A stretch of DNA of 64,000 nucleotides from Prolixibacteraceae bacterium. GTDB taxonomy: Bacteria; Bacteroidota; Bacteroidia; Bacteroidales; Prolixibacteraceae. The translations under genes were made by a program, and so were the position numbers. Shown in pieces: positions 56,178 to 64,000 of the stretch; the stretch's first letter is position 1; every line of letters begins with the position of its first letter. The stretch spans positions 32,018-96,017 of the forward strand of contig JBAZGO010000010.1 in NCBI GenBank assembly GCA_041652995.1, given 5' to 3'. The notes under the pieces are model-generated. The model searched no databases. It worked only from the letters and a program-made list of their open reading frames with translations, and was not told the origin of the DNA.

Positions 56178-57458
56178 ATGAAAACGATCAAATTATTTTT
56201 CGTGATTATTTTTTGTTTGGGGTTCATGAATCTGAATGCTCAAATTAACGTTGAAAAAAAAGTTAAGAATCAGACCGACAACAGGGCCAACAAAAAAGTT
56301 GATCAGGGTATTGATAAAGGACTTGATGCCATAGAAGGCGGAGTAAAAGATCTGTTTAAAAAGAAAAAAACAGGAGAGCAGGCAAAGGATACCGTTCAAC
56401 AGGTGGCTAAAGGTGAGGCTACTCAGAATCAGAAACCTTCTTCTGATTCAAATCCAGGGTTGACTGCATTTTCAAAATATGATTTTGTGCCCGGCGACAA
56501 AGTTCTGTTGTACGAAGATTTCAGTCAGGATGCTGTTGGCGATTTTCCCGCACTTTGGACTACCGATGTGGCCGGAGAAGTAAATACCTTAAATATTGCT
56601 CCGGGTAATTGGTTCAATTTAAATAGTACCGAAGGAACATACTGGTTAATGCAAGACATCGATTTTCCGAAGAATTTTATCCTCGAAATGGATATCGTAC
56701 CTAAAAAAGAGGGAGGCAGGTATGCTGCAGATGTCGTGTTATTTGGCGAACCCAGCCACAGTGAAATGGATAAAAACGGAGATCCGGGTAACTGCGGGTT
56801 GCATGTAAAAATTGAAAAAAATATTTGGGAAACAGCAGGTTATAAAAAAGGCGCAACAGAAAAGCTTACCGGTTCATCAACCAATAATTTGGTCATTCCG
56901 GAGAAAGTAAATCATGTCATTTTGTGGGTTCAAAACCGACGGGTGCGTATCTATCATGCCGGAGGTAAGGTAATTGATGTGCCTACGAATATCTACGAAG
57001 GAAGCAAATTCTCGCGCTTGTGCTTCAAATTATATCGGGGAGCATCAGCCGGCTCATACATCTCCAACATTAAAATTACAACTGCTGCACCCGATACGCG
57101 AAATAAGCTACTTACTGAAGGGAAACTGGTTACGTATGGAATTTATTTCGATGTAAATAAAGACGTAGTAAAACCAGAATCTTATGGAACACTAAAAGAT
57201 ATTGCCGCAGTGCTGAACGCCGTGCCTGATGTAAAAGTCAAAATCGTAGGTCACACCGATACCGATGGTCAGGATGCTGCCAACCTCGATCTTTCGAAAC
57301 GCCGCGCAGCTTCAGTAAAGGCCGAACTGGCCAAATCATTTGGCGTAAATGCAGACCGGCTGGTGACTGATGGAATGGGCGAAAGCCAACCTGTTTCACC
57401 AAACGACACACCTGTAAACAAAGCATTGAATCGCAGGGTTGAGTTTATCAAACTTTAA
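56178..57458 (+). CDS. OmpA-family peptidoglycan-binding protein (paralogue 2)
   Basis: Same architecture as paralogue 1; 36 identical residues PDTRNKLL...ESYGTLK; ATG 56178. Confidence 0.9.
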   Translation: MKTIKLFFVIIFCLGFMNLNAQINVEKKVKNQTDNRANKKVDQGIDKGLDAIEGGVKDLFKKKKTGEQAKDTVQQVAKGEATQNQKPSSDSNPGLTAFSKYDFVPGDKVLLYEDFSQDAVGDFPALWTTDVAGEVNTLNIAPGNWFNLNSTEGTYWLMQDIDFPKNFILEMDIVPKKEGGRYAADVVLFGEPSHSEMDKNGDPGNCGLHVKIEKNIWETAGYKKGATEKLTGSSTNNLVIPEKVNHVILWVQNRRVRIYHAGGKVIDVPTNIYEGSKFSRLCFKLYRGASAGSYISNIKITTAAPDTRNKLLTEGKLVTYGIYFDVNKDVVKPESYGTLKDIAAVLNAVPDVKVKIVGHTDTDGQDAANLDLSKRRAASVKAELAKSFGVNADRLVTDGMGESQPVSPNDTPVNKALNRRVEFIKL

Positions 57459-57480
57459 TAACAAATAAAAACAATGCAAA

Positions 57481-58164
57481 ATGAAAAAATTAATTCTTTT
57501 CACAGTGATTATTTTTATAGGAATGGCGCTTAAGGCACAGGAAATTTTCTTCCCAACCAAAGAAGGAACCGTTCTGGTTTACAAATCATTCGACAAAAAG
57601 GATAAGGAAACCAACATGTTGAAATACACCATTAAACATTTAAATGTCGATGGCAACGATATGGACATTACCTATTTGTGCGAATCACTTGATCCGAAAG
57701 ATAAATTGGTTTTTAAAGAGGAGATTACAATTCATAAGAAAGGCGATAAGCTCTATTTCGACATGAGCAATTTTATAAACAAAGCCGCCTTCCAACAGAA
57801 TGGTGAGATTCCGGCCGAAATTCAAATCACCGGAAATAATATGGAGGTTCCCTCAAATCCGGCACCTGGGGACGTGTTGCCCGATGCGAATGTTGAAATG
57901 GCAATGAAGGTAGGGTTCATCAACATGAAAATGTCAGCCGAAGTTACAAATCGCAAAGTGGAAGCCATTGAAGATATTACCGTTAAGGGAGGTACTTTTA
58001 AAGGGTATAAATTTTCGAGCGAGGTAAATTCCTCTGCGATGGGAATGAAAATAAAATCTAAAAACATCGACTGGTATGCAAAAGGCGTAGGAATTGTTAA
58101 AACAGAGAACTACGACAAGAACGGCAAGTTGCAATCGTACATGGAACTCATAGAGATTAATTAG
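57481..58164 (+). CDS. Secreted beta-rich protein, DUF3108-like
   Basis: Signal peptide ending ALKA|Q; C-terminal E.ITV.GGTF..YK......WYAKGVGIVK.E motif. Confidence 0.6.
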   Translation: MKKLILFTVIIFIGMALKAQEIFFPTKEGTVLVYKSFDKKDKETNMLKYTIKHLNVDGNDMDITYLCESLDPKDKLVFKEEITIHKKGDKLYFDMSNFINKAAFQQNGEIPAEIQITGNNMEVPSNPAPGDVLPDANVEMAMKVGFINMKMSAEVTNRKVEAIEDITVKGGTFKGYKFSSEVNSSAMGMKIKSKNIDWYAKGVGIVKTENYDKNGKLQSYMELIEIN

Positions 58165-58210
58165 TTGATCGATTCACAGAATAATCAATGCCAATTAAAA
58201 ATATCAAGAT

Positions 58211-59293
58211 ATGAGAAAATCAATCATTTTCGTGCTTATAGTTTCTGTTTTTATTGCTGTTAACTATAGTGCCCACGCGCAATTGGGCAGATTGATGAAC
58301 AAGGCCCAAAACAAATTAGTAGATAAAGCACTGGGAAATTCCAATACTGATAAGGAGCCAAAATCAACCGCGGTTGAGGAGGATCCTTTGTGTGCCTGCG
58401 CTGATGCAACAGTTGCTTTCAAATTTACCGATGGACTCAAGATCAACTACAAGGAAGCCACTTTTTCAGTTTCCGAAGATGGTACATTGCTTGTTTTCGA
58501 CATGGTTAGCAAAAAATATTACACTGCTAAAAATGGTGTTCTTCAAGGTCCTTATGAAGCAGAGAGCCCAATTGTACGTCAATTCGATTTGCCTGAAGAG
58601 GAGAAAGGAGCGCAATTAAGTACAGATGTTTTATTGGAACGTTATAAGGGATTTATTGTTCCTTCCGGAGAAAAATTTACAATAAATTTTGACGGAAAAT
58701 CGTATGGCCCCTTTGCTGTGATACAGAGTTTTGTACTAAATCATTCGAAAACAAAATTTGCTGCGTTGGTCGCCCGGGATGTTCTAATGACCGAAGATCA
58801 AGGCGCAAAAATGGAATTGGAGGCGAAAAATGCCAAGACGGATCAGGAGCGAATGGCATTGGCCATGAAAATGAGCCAGCAGATGCAGGAAAGAATGATG
58901 GCAGCAGGTGGCGAAATTGATGTGTTGCCTAAATTAATTTCCAATGTCCCTGAATCAAAATTAGATATGATGCTGGGAAACAACTTTTCGGGAAAGGTTA
59001 AATTCGATGATATTGTGAATGTAGGTTTTGATAAAATTACTGATTTAAAAGGCAAGACCCTCATCACCTTTGACCCGCAAAAGTTAAATAATTCAGCCAA
59101 TGGATTTTGGTTAAGTTCCGACAATTTGCGAATTGCTTCATATAATTACGGACTTCTCACGCTGAGCGATGGCAAGGAATTCGTTGAGGTTTTTTGTCCG
59201 TATCTCATGAAAGATGCAGGCAAGGTATATTTAACCTACATGTATTTTTCGCCTGCCAACAATGCGGTAATGCAATGCAGATTGCCTTTCTGA
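58211..59293 (+). CDS. Secreted hypothetical protein
   Basis: 360-aa ORF, signal peptide ending AHA|Q, co-oriented with short spacers. Confidence 0.7.
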   Translation: MRKSIIFVLIVSVFIAVNYSAHAQLGRLMNKAQNKLVDKALGNSNTDKEPKSTAVEEDPLCACADATVAFKFTDGLKINYKEATFSVSEDGTLLVFDMVSKKYYTAKNGVLQGPYEAESPIVRQFDLPEEEKGAQLSTDVLLERYKGFIVPSGEKFTINFDGKSYGPFAVIQSFVLNHSKTKFAALVARDVLMTEDQGAKMELEAKNAKTDQERMALAMKMSQQMQERMMAAGGEIDVLPKLISNVPESKLDMMLGNNFSGKVKFDDIVNVGFDKITDLKGKTLITFDPQKLNNSANGFWLSSDNLRIASYNYGLLTLSDGKEFVEVFCPYLMKDAGKVYLTYMYFSPANNAVMQCRLPF

Positions 59294-59306
59294 CGGTTCA
59301 TACAAA

Positions 59307-60026
59307 ATGACAAAAAATTGTAAGATAATATTGTCAACTGTAGTTTTTCTGGCGCTGGATTTCGGATTCTATCAAAACCTCAAAGCCGGGGAATATAATT
59401 ACCCTGAAGTCTTTGGCAACAACTGGAAAAGGGCAGAGTTGTTCGTCAGTGAAAACAACGTTTGGATGAGCGATTTATTGAGCGAAAACAAGGTTGATTA
59501 TCAACTTGTATTGTCTATGATTTTTCCTGAATTGGTTCGCTATTCGGCCATTCGCGACCGAATGGAAATAACGCTTTTGAAAGCTCTGTATGTTCACAAT
59601 GGAACGGATTATGCCAATTTTTCAGTTGGTGTTTTCCAGATAAAACCATCTTGTGCCGAAGAAATACTCAGCGAAATACCTAGTTTGCATGATAAAAAGT
59701 GGACAGCCCTGTTTAAAGCCATCAACTCGTCGATCTCAGAAAATGAAAAACGGTCAATTATTGTGGCTGAACTTGAGGAGCCAAAATCTCAATTGCTTTA
59801 TGTGATATCATTGGTAAAAATTCTTGACAAAAGATTCAGGAACCATAAATGGGACAGTGTTTTGGACAAGGTAAAGTTCTATGCGGCTGCTTACAATGGT
59901 GGTTTTTCGAATAGTGAAACGTATATCAGGCAAAAGATGAACGCAACATCATTTCATACCGGTTTGATTAAGTCGGATAACCATTACTGTTATGCCGATA
60001 TTGCTGCATATTATTATCAGAATTAG
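59307..60026 (+). CDS. Secreted lysozyme-fold / lytic transglycosylase-like protein
   Basis: Ordered SLT-like motifs: IFPE (candidate catalytic Glu), VGVFQIKP (GxxQ), AAAYNGG (AYNxG). Confidence 0.55.
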   Translation: MTKNCKIILSTVVFLALDFGFYQNLKAGEYNYPEVFGNNWKRAELFVSENNVWMSDLLSENKVDYQLVLSMIFPELVRYSAIRDRMEITLLKALYVHNGTDYANFSVGVFQIKPSCAEEILSEIPSLHDKKWTALFKAINSSISENEKRSIIVAELEEPKSQLLYVISLVKILDKRFRNHKWDSVLDKVKFYAAAYNGGFSNSETYIRQKMNATSFHTGLIKSDNHYCYADIAAYYYQN

Positions 60027-60061
60027 AGAAAGTAACCTCAAAATAATACAATCATAAACTC

Positions 60062-60296
60062 ATGAATCGAGCTTCTATTTTAATCGTTTTCTTATGTTTT
60101 TGTATTTCGGTTACTGAAGCAAAACATCACAAAAGCATTGAAAAACAATAGTATAAATTATGCACTTTATCGCTTTAAGGAATCTTTGGATCTGGATACA
60201 ATAAAGTTACTTGCTTCTCTTATCAGGAAATATAATTGGATTGCTCTTGTAATTCGGTTAAAAAAGAGAAATAATATGGAAAACTATCAATTTTAA
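60062..60296 (+). pseudogene. Possible frameshifted remnant of a secreted protein
   Basis: MNRASILIVFLCFCISVTEAK... (signal-like) stops at 60151; a shifted frame stays open from 60132 to 60296. Confidence 0.25.
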
Positions 60297-60435
60297 TGGG
60301 TATAATTGAGCTTAATGGCATTGTATCAACGATCTTCTTAAACATTTTGCTGTAAAAGGAGTTCTAAAAGCGCAGTGGCACTGGTGTCATTGATGTGAAT
60401 GAAATTTGAAAAATAGTACCTTTAGCACTAAGTCA

Positions 60436-61191
60436 ATGATTGATTATCAGGCAATTGATTTTTCATGGAGAAAAAATGACTTGAGTATTTTTTTACCTGT
60501 GATTTTAACGCTTATTTCTTTTGTTATTTATTGGTTTACTACTCAATCGGCTCGTTTAAAGCTTCGCTTTTACAATCGTTTCGATGCTGATCACGCATCA
60601 GCTTATCATATCACTTTTAACAGGGTTGTCGGATTTGTCGTTCTGGGCGTTATTCCGGTAGTCATCAGCTTGATTTTTTTACCTGAATTTTCACTTGCGA
60701 ATTATGGTTTGACGATAAGGACGGAAACGAGCCTATTTTCAGCGGTCTGGATAATCGGACTGGCTTTTGTTATCGTTCCCTTAGCGTATTTCAGTGCTAA
60801 AAAACCGAAGAACCTCCTCAACTATCCACAAATACGATCGAAAATCTGGACAAAAAATCTGGTTTTAATAAATGCTTTTGGATGGGCTTTGTATTTACTG
60901 GGTTACGAGCTGCTTTTTAGGGGCGTATTATTGATTCCACTTGCCGGTCAGCTTGGAGTCTGGCCGGCAGTTGCTGTCAATATTTCACTGTATTCGGCAA
61001 CTCATATTCCTAAGGGCCTTGGAGAAACAATCGGAGCAATACCTTTTGGACTTGTACTTTGCATTCTTACCCTTGCATCGGGCACAATCTGGATCGCTTT
61101 TTTTGCGCATCTCATTATGGCTCTAACTTCAAGTTTCGCCTCGTTAAAATTTAATCCTGAAATGAAATATTTAAAATCAAAGACAGATTAA
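60436..61191 (+). CDS. CPBP (Abi) family intramembrane glutamic endopeptidase
   Basis: Multiple TM helices; YELLFRG, YSATH, IAFFAH motifs. Confidence 0.85.
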   Translation: MIDYQAIDFSWRKNDLSIFLPVILTLISFVIYWFTTQSARLKLRFYNRFDADHASAYHITFNRVVGFVVLGVIPVVISLIFLPEFSLANYGLTIRTETSLFSAVWIIGLAFVIVPLAYFSAKKPKNLLNYPQIRSKIWTKNLVLINAFGWALYLLGYELLFRGVLLIPLAGQLGVWPAVAVNISLYSATHIPKGLGETIGAIPFGLVLCILTLASGTIWIAFFAHLIMALTSSFASLKFNPEMKYLKSKTD

Positions 61192-61230
61192 ATTTTCAGG
61201 ATTTACGTTTTGTCACTTTACCATGAAAAG

Positions 61231-61257
61231 CAAAAGTCCCCTTTTAGAGGACTTTTG
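61231..61257. terminator. Bidirectional terminator
   Basis: CAAAAGTCC...GGACTTTTG stem between convergent genes. Confidence 0.7.
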
Positions 61258-61289
61258 TGAAATCAATAAAAATGAGATTCTACAAAATC

Positions 61290-63860
61290 TTATTTTACAA
61301 CGGAAAAAACAGATTTAGCTGTACTCATCCGTCCATCGTCTGTAATTCCCTGAACGCTAATTTCGAAATTTGAAATCAATTTGCCTACAGTTACCATGAA
61401 TTCATAAACTCCGGTTTGATCGGTTTTCCCGAAAGGAATCCATAGAATTGTGGCAGGGTCATCGTTTTTGGTTACCGTCGTAAATTCATTGGGTATGCGG
61501 TAAATGCCGTCGTATTGGTTGGTATTTAGCAGTTGCTTTCCGGACATCTCCACACTTTTTGCATTTTTCAAAAAGACTTCAATTACACCAACATTATTCA
61601 GCCCGGTATATCGCTGAATGTCGACCGGATTTGTTGATATGTTGACGTGATCAACTTCCGAAGGCGAAATGCTTTGAATCGCCGAAGCATCAGTACCCAT
61701 TTGCTGTCCGTCCAAAACGATTAAAGCGCCACTCTGGTAATAAAGTGAATTCTCTGACCCGATAAATACAATTTGATTGTTTACCAGATTGTATGGCTTC
61801 ATGGTTTTTATTACATCCAAAAGGTTAGTAGACGACATCAGCAACCTCTGCTGCGCTTCGGCTGCCGAAGTACTTACCTTTACCTGCTTTGGTGCCTTTG
61901 TAAATAATTTCGGGTTATTTGAGTAGTAGGTAGCATCAACAAATTGGTCTTTATGCAGTAGATTGTTTTTTAATGCAACGTGCGAAATCAGATTCGAAAT
62001 CTTGGCATCAAAATTCTTATCGTATTCGAGTTTTAATTCTTTTTTCCCATTGAGGTCGGTTGCCTTAGCTGTAAAATCGTCGATGTTTGCAGCGTTGAGG
62101 TTCTGGAACGTGAATCTGCCATCGTCGTTCGTGGTTGTGGTGAAAATTTGCATGCTTTTGTTGTTTACCAGGCTCACTTTTGCCCTGTAAATTTTTTCAC
62201 CGTTTTTATCAGTTACAAATCCTGAAATACTGTTGTTCCTATCATTTAAATCGGCCGAACTTCCAGCTTTATAAGTCAATATTTTATTCCAATCGAAAGC
62301 TTTTAACCGGTTCGAAATCAGAAACAAATCCATGAGAGATGAGTTACTTACAGAATTTTCTGTTGCATCAGCTATCAGCGAGAATGGATTTTCGAGTTCG
62401 GAACTAACCTGTAAACATTCCTCAATTTTTGGTTTTTCGGGTTTGTTGCTGAACTTATCTGAAATTGAAATCATAATATTTCCTGCAATCGGCTTATTTT
62501 TTTCATCTGCGAAGCTGACTTTTACGTTCATTTTTTGATCAGGATGGATCACGGTTTTTTCGGGTTGAATATCAATTTTCAGGTATTCAGTTTTGTCCTG
62601 AAAAATGAGTCGGTTGGCTAAAACAGTTCCGTTCTTTTCAAAGGCAGTCAGCATATTGATGCCGTTGGGCAGGTTATCTGCCGGAATTTTAATTCGCCCA
62701 ATTCCGTTAATTTCCATGTCGGCCGACCAGTAAATAGTTGTTCCGTTTGTAACTGTCAGCGCAACAGCATGCTTTTGTTTGTCCGCAAAAATTAAATTGG
62801 CCGAGATAAATTCATGATCCGATTTAATAACCGACAATGCCAGTCCGTCTTTCCTTTGTTCAGGTAAATTGAAGGTTTGATTGGTGCCGGTTTTTCCTGA
62901 AATTTTCAGTTGATATTTCTGATTTTCTTCGCTGTCGAATGAGAAAATTCCAAGTCCGCTGGTTATTGATTTTACCATGGCGACAGGTTTTCCCTGCTGG
63001 TCGATTACTGAACCTTCAATATCAACCGGCACACCCCATTTATTGAATGCGGTGAATCCGATTTTGGCAGGAATTCCACTAATGAGGTGACCGCATTCAG
63101 GATAAAAGCTTATTACAACAGGATCTAAATTTGTTGGCAAAAATATTTGGTGCATCCAATTTTCACGCGAGTCAGTTAGCAGGCAAACAAATGGCTCACC
63201 GTTGGTTTTATCCGGAATGGTTATTGGTATGGTCACGTTTCCATTGGCGTCGGTTTTCAATTTATCTTTCTCAATAATTTCAGAACCATTTAAAAGTTGG
63301 TAGCGAAGCTGCGTATTTTTCAGAACTTCACCCGAAACAGTTTTAAGCGCGACAGAAACCTCATTTTTTTGTCCGGCAACGAAAATGCTGTCTTTCGCTT
63401 TTGTTTCAGCCAGCCATTGATTGCTATACAGCGGATCGATAATCAGCGTGCACATCGAAATTTCGTCGACCGATGTTTGCTGCGCGGTGTGTGCCACCAG
63501 GTAATAATTGTCGTCGCCAAGTTCGTCCGGAATTTGTAAATCGCCATGAGTTGCTGAACCTCCGACCTTAAAAATATCTTTAACAACCGGATTGCCCTTC
63601 GTGTCGTACAGCCTGACATGAAGTTCACGGTTGCCGCTCAGGTCGGGGCGGTTGGCGGCATCGGTGACAATGGCGCTAAACCAGATGGTTTCGCCCGGTT
63701 TATAGTGCGACTTGTTGGTAGTAACAAATACTTTTTCGCGCGGATAAGTGCTGAAGTAATTCGTGATCTGTTCGCTGATGTTTGGTATCGGACTCGTTTC
63801 CTGGGCTTGCAGAACCATTGCTGATAAAACAAAGCTGATTGAAATGATTAAAGTTTTCAT
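61290..63860 (-). CDS. MG2 (macroglobulin-like) + carboxypeptidase-regulatory-like + TonB-plug-like secreted protein
   Basis: PREKVFVTTNKSHYKPGETIWF; FYPECGHL..G....IGF; ISGFV...A.VSL...TT.DDGRF.F; LIVLDG...I....VD.V; C-terminal ILW.P..KTD..G. Confidence 0.75.
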   Translation of the reverse strand: MKTLIISISFVLSAMVLQAQETSPIPNISEQITNYFSTYPREKVFVTTNKSHYKPGETIWFSAIVTDAANRPDLSGNRELHVRLYDTKGNPVVKDIFKVGGSATHGDLQIPDELGDDNYYLVAHTAQQTSVDEISMCTLIIDPLYSNQWLAETKAKDSIFVAGQKNEVSVALKTVSGEVLKNTQLRYQLLNGSEIIEKDKLKTDANGNVTIPITIPDKTNGEPFVCLLTDSRENWMHQIFLPTNLDPVVISFYPECGHLISGIPAKIGFTAFNKWGVPVDIEGSVIDQQGKPVAMVKSITSGLGIFSFDSEENQKYQLKISGKTGTNQTFNLPEQRKDGLALSVIKSDHEFISANLIFADKQKHAVALTVTNGTTIYWSADMEINGIGRIKIPADNLPNGINMLTAFEKNGTVLANRLIFQDKTEYLKIDIQPEKTVIHPDQKMNVKVSFADEKNKPIAGNIMISISDKFSNKPEKPKIEECLQVSSELENPFSLIADATENSVSNSSLMDLFLISNRLKAFDWNKILTYKAGSSADLNDRNNSISGFVTDKNGEKIYRAKVSLVNNKSMQIFTTTTNDDGRFTFQNLNAANIDDFTAKATDLNGKKELKLEYDKNFDAKISNLISHVALKNNLLHKDQFVDATYYSNNPKLFTKAPKQVKVSTSAAEAQQRLLMSSTNLLDVIKTMKPYNLVNNQIVFIGSENSLYYQSGALIVLDGQQMGTDASAIQSISPSEVDHVNISTNPVDIQRYTGLNNVGVIEVFLKNAKSVEMSGKQLLNTNQYDGIYRIPNEFTTVTKNDDPATILWIPFGKTDQTGVYEFMVTVGKLISNFEISVQGITDDGRMSTAKSVFSVVK

Positions 63861-63883
63861 AGTGTTAGGTTAGTTTGTGCTGA

Positions 63884-64000
63884 TTACTTTATTTCAGTTT
63901 CGTTGATATTGAACAGAGTATCATTTTTCATGGAATATTTTTCCAGGGCTTTCCGGAGTTCTTCCGATGGTTTTATAGTGTTGTAATTGCCCCAGAAAGC
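63884..64000 (-). CDS. C-terminus of a carboxypeptidase-regulatory-domain-type protein (partial, runs off window end)
   Basis: Hand translation AFWGNYNTIKPSEELRKALEKY...IK*. FWG.YN.I.P...L..A is a common C-terminal motif of this Bacteroidota family. Confidence 0.55.
   Translation of the reverse strand, partial: AFWGNYNTIKPSEELRKALEKYSMKNDTLFNINETEIK

Noticed and set aside
60436-61191. CPBP/Abi protein as a phage-defence gene, or as inactive because of YE instead of EE
   Set aside because: No defence context is present; the second Glu, Arg and both His are retained, and first-position variation is common in this family.
118-63832. The many 60-190 aa ORFs antisense to or nested in long genes (for example 11508-11822, 13248-13811, 34572-35135, 36519-36947)
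   Set aside because: Shadow ORFs of well-supported genes, with no motifs or independent start signals.
1-64000. CRISPR array, tRNA/rRNA, IS transposase, integrase or prophage
   Set aside because: I saw no regularly spaced repeat-spacer array, no cloverleaf with T-loop in an intergenic region, and no transposase, integrase or phage motifs.

Overview
Core-chromosome segment of a Bacteroidota bacterium. Gene content and the many TAnnTTTG -7 promoter elements suggest Prolixibacteraceae/Marinilabiliales; this is an inference. About 55 genes are supported, mostly housekeeping (dut, hemW, rpiB, ruvB, ybeY, mnmG, apt, uvrC, rsgA, xth, tdh, tyrA, rnpA, polA, queD, ispB, ppc, tpx, deoC, dtd, lplA). 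I found no rRNA, tRNA, CRISPR array, transposase or prophage. Highlights: (1) an LCIB/LCIC (theta-type) carbonic anhydrase homologue 50 bp downstream of PEP carboxylase, a candidate CA+PEPC bicarbonate-fixation module whose PEPC appears to lack two canonical aspartate-inhibition residues. (2) A probable oriC in the 18006-18517 gap, supported by a GC-skew switch, repeated TTWTNAACA boxes and a parS palindrome at the mnmG stop. (3) An unannotated 24-aa leader peptide (FFYWFYYF) with terminator/antiterminator ahead of tyrA and DAHP synthase-chorismate mutase. (4) A 1-nt frameshift in rnpA. (5) Several families of intergenic palindromic or sub-repeated elements. (6) An accessory operon with two OmpA-domain paralogues and a lytic-transglycosylase-like protein. 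All family assignments come from motif recognition by eye, with no database search.
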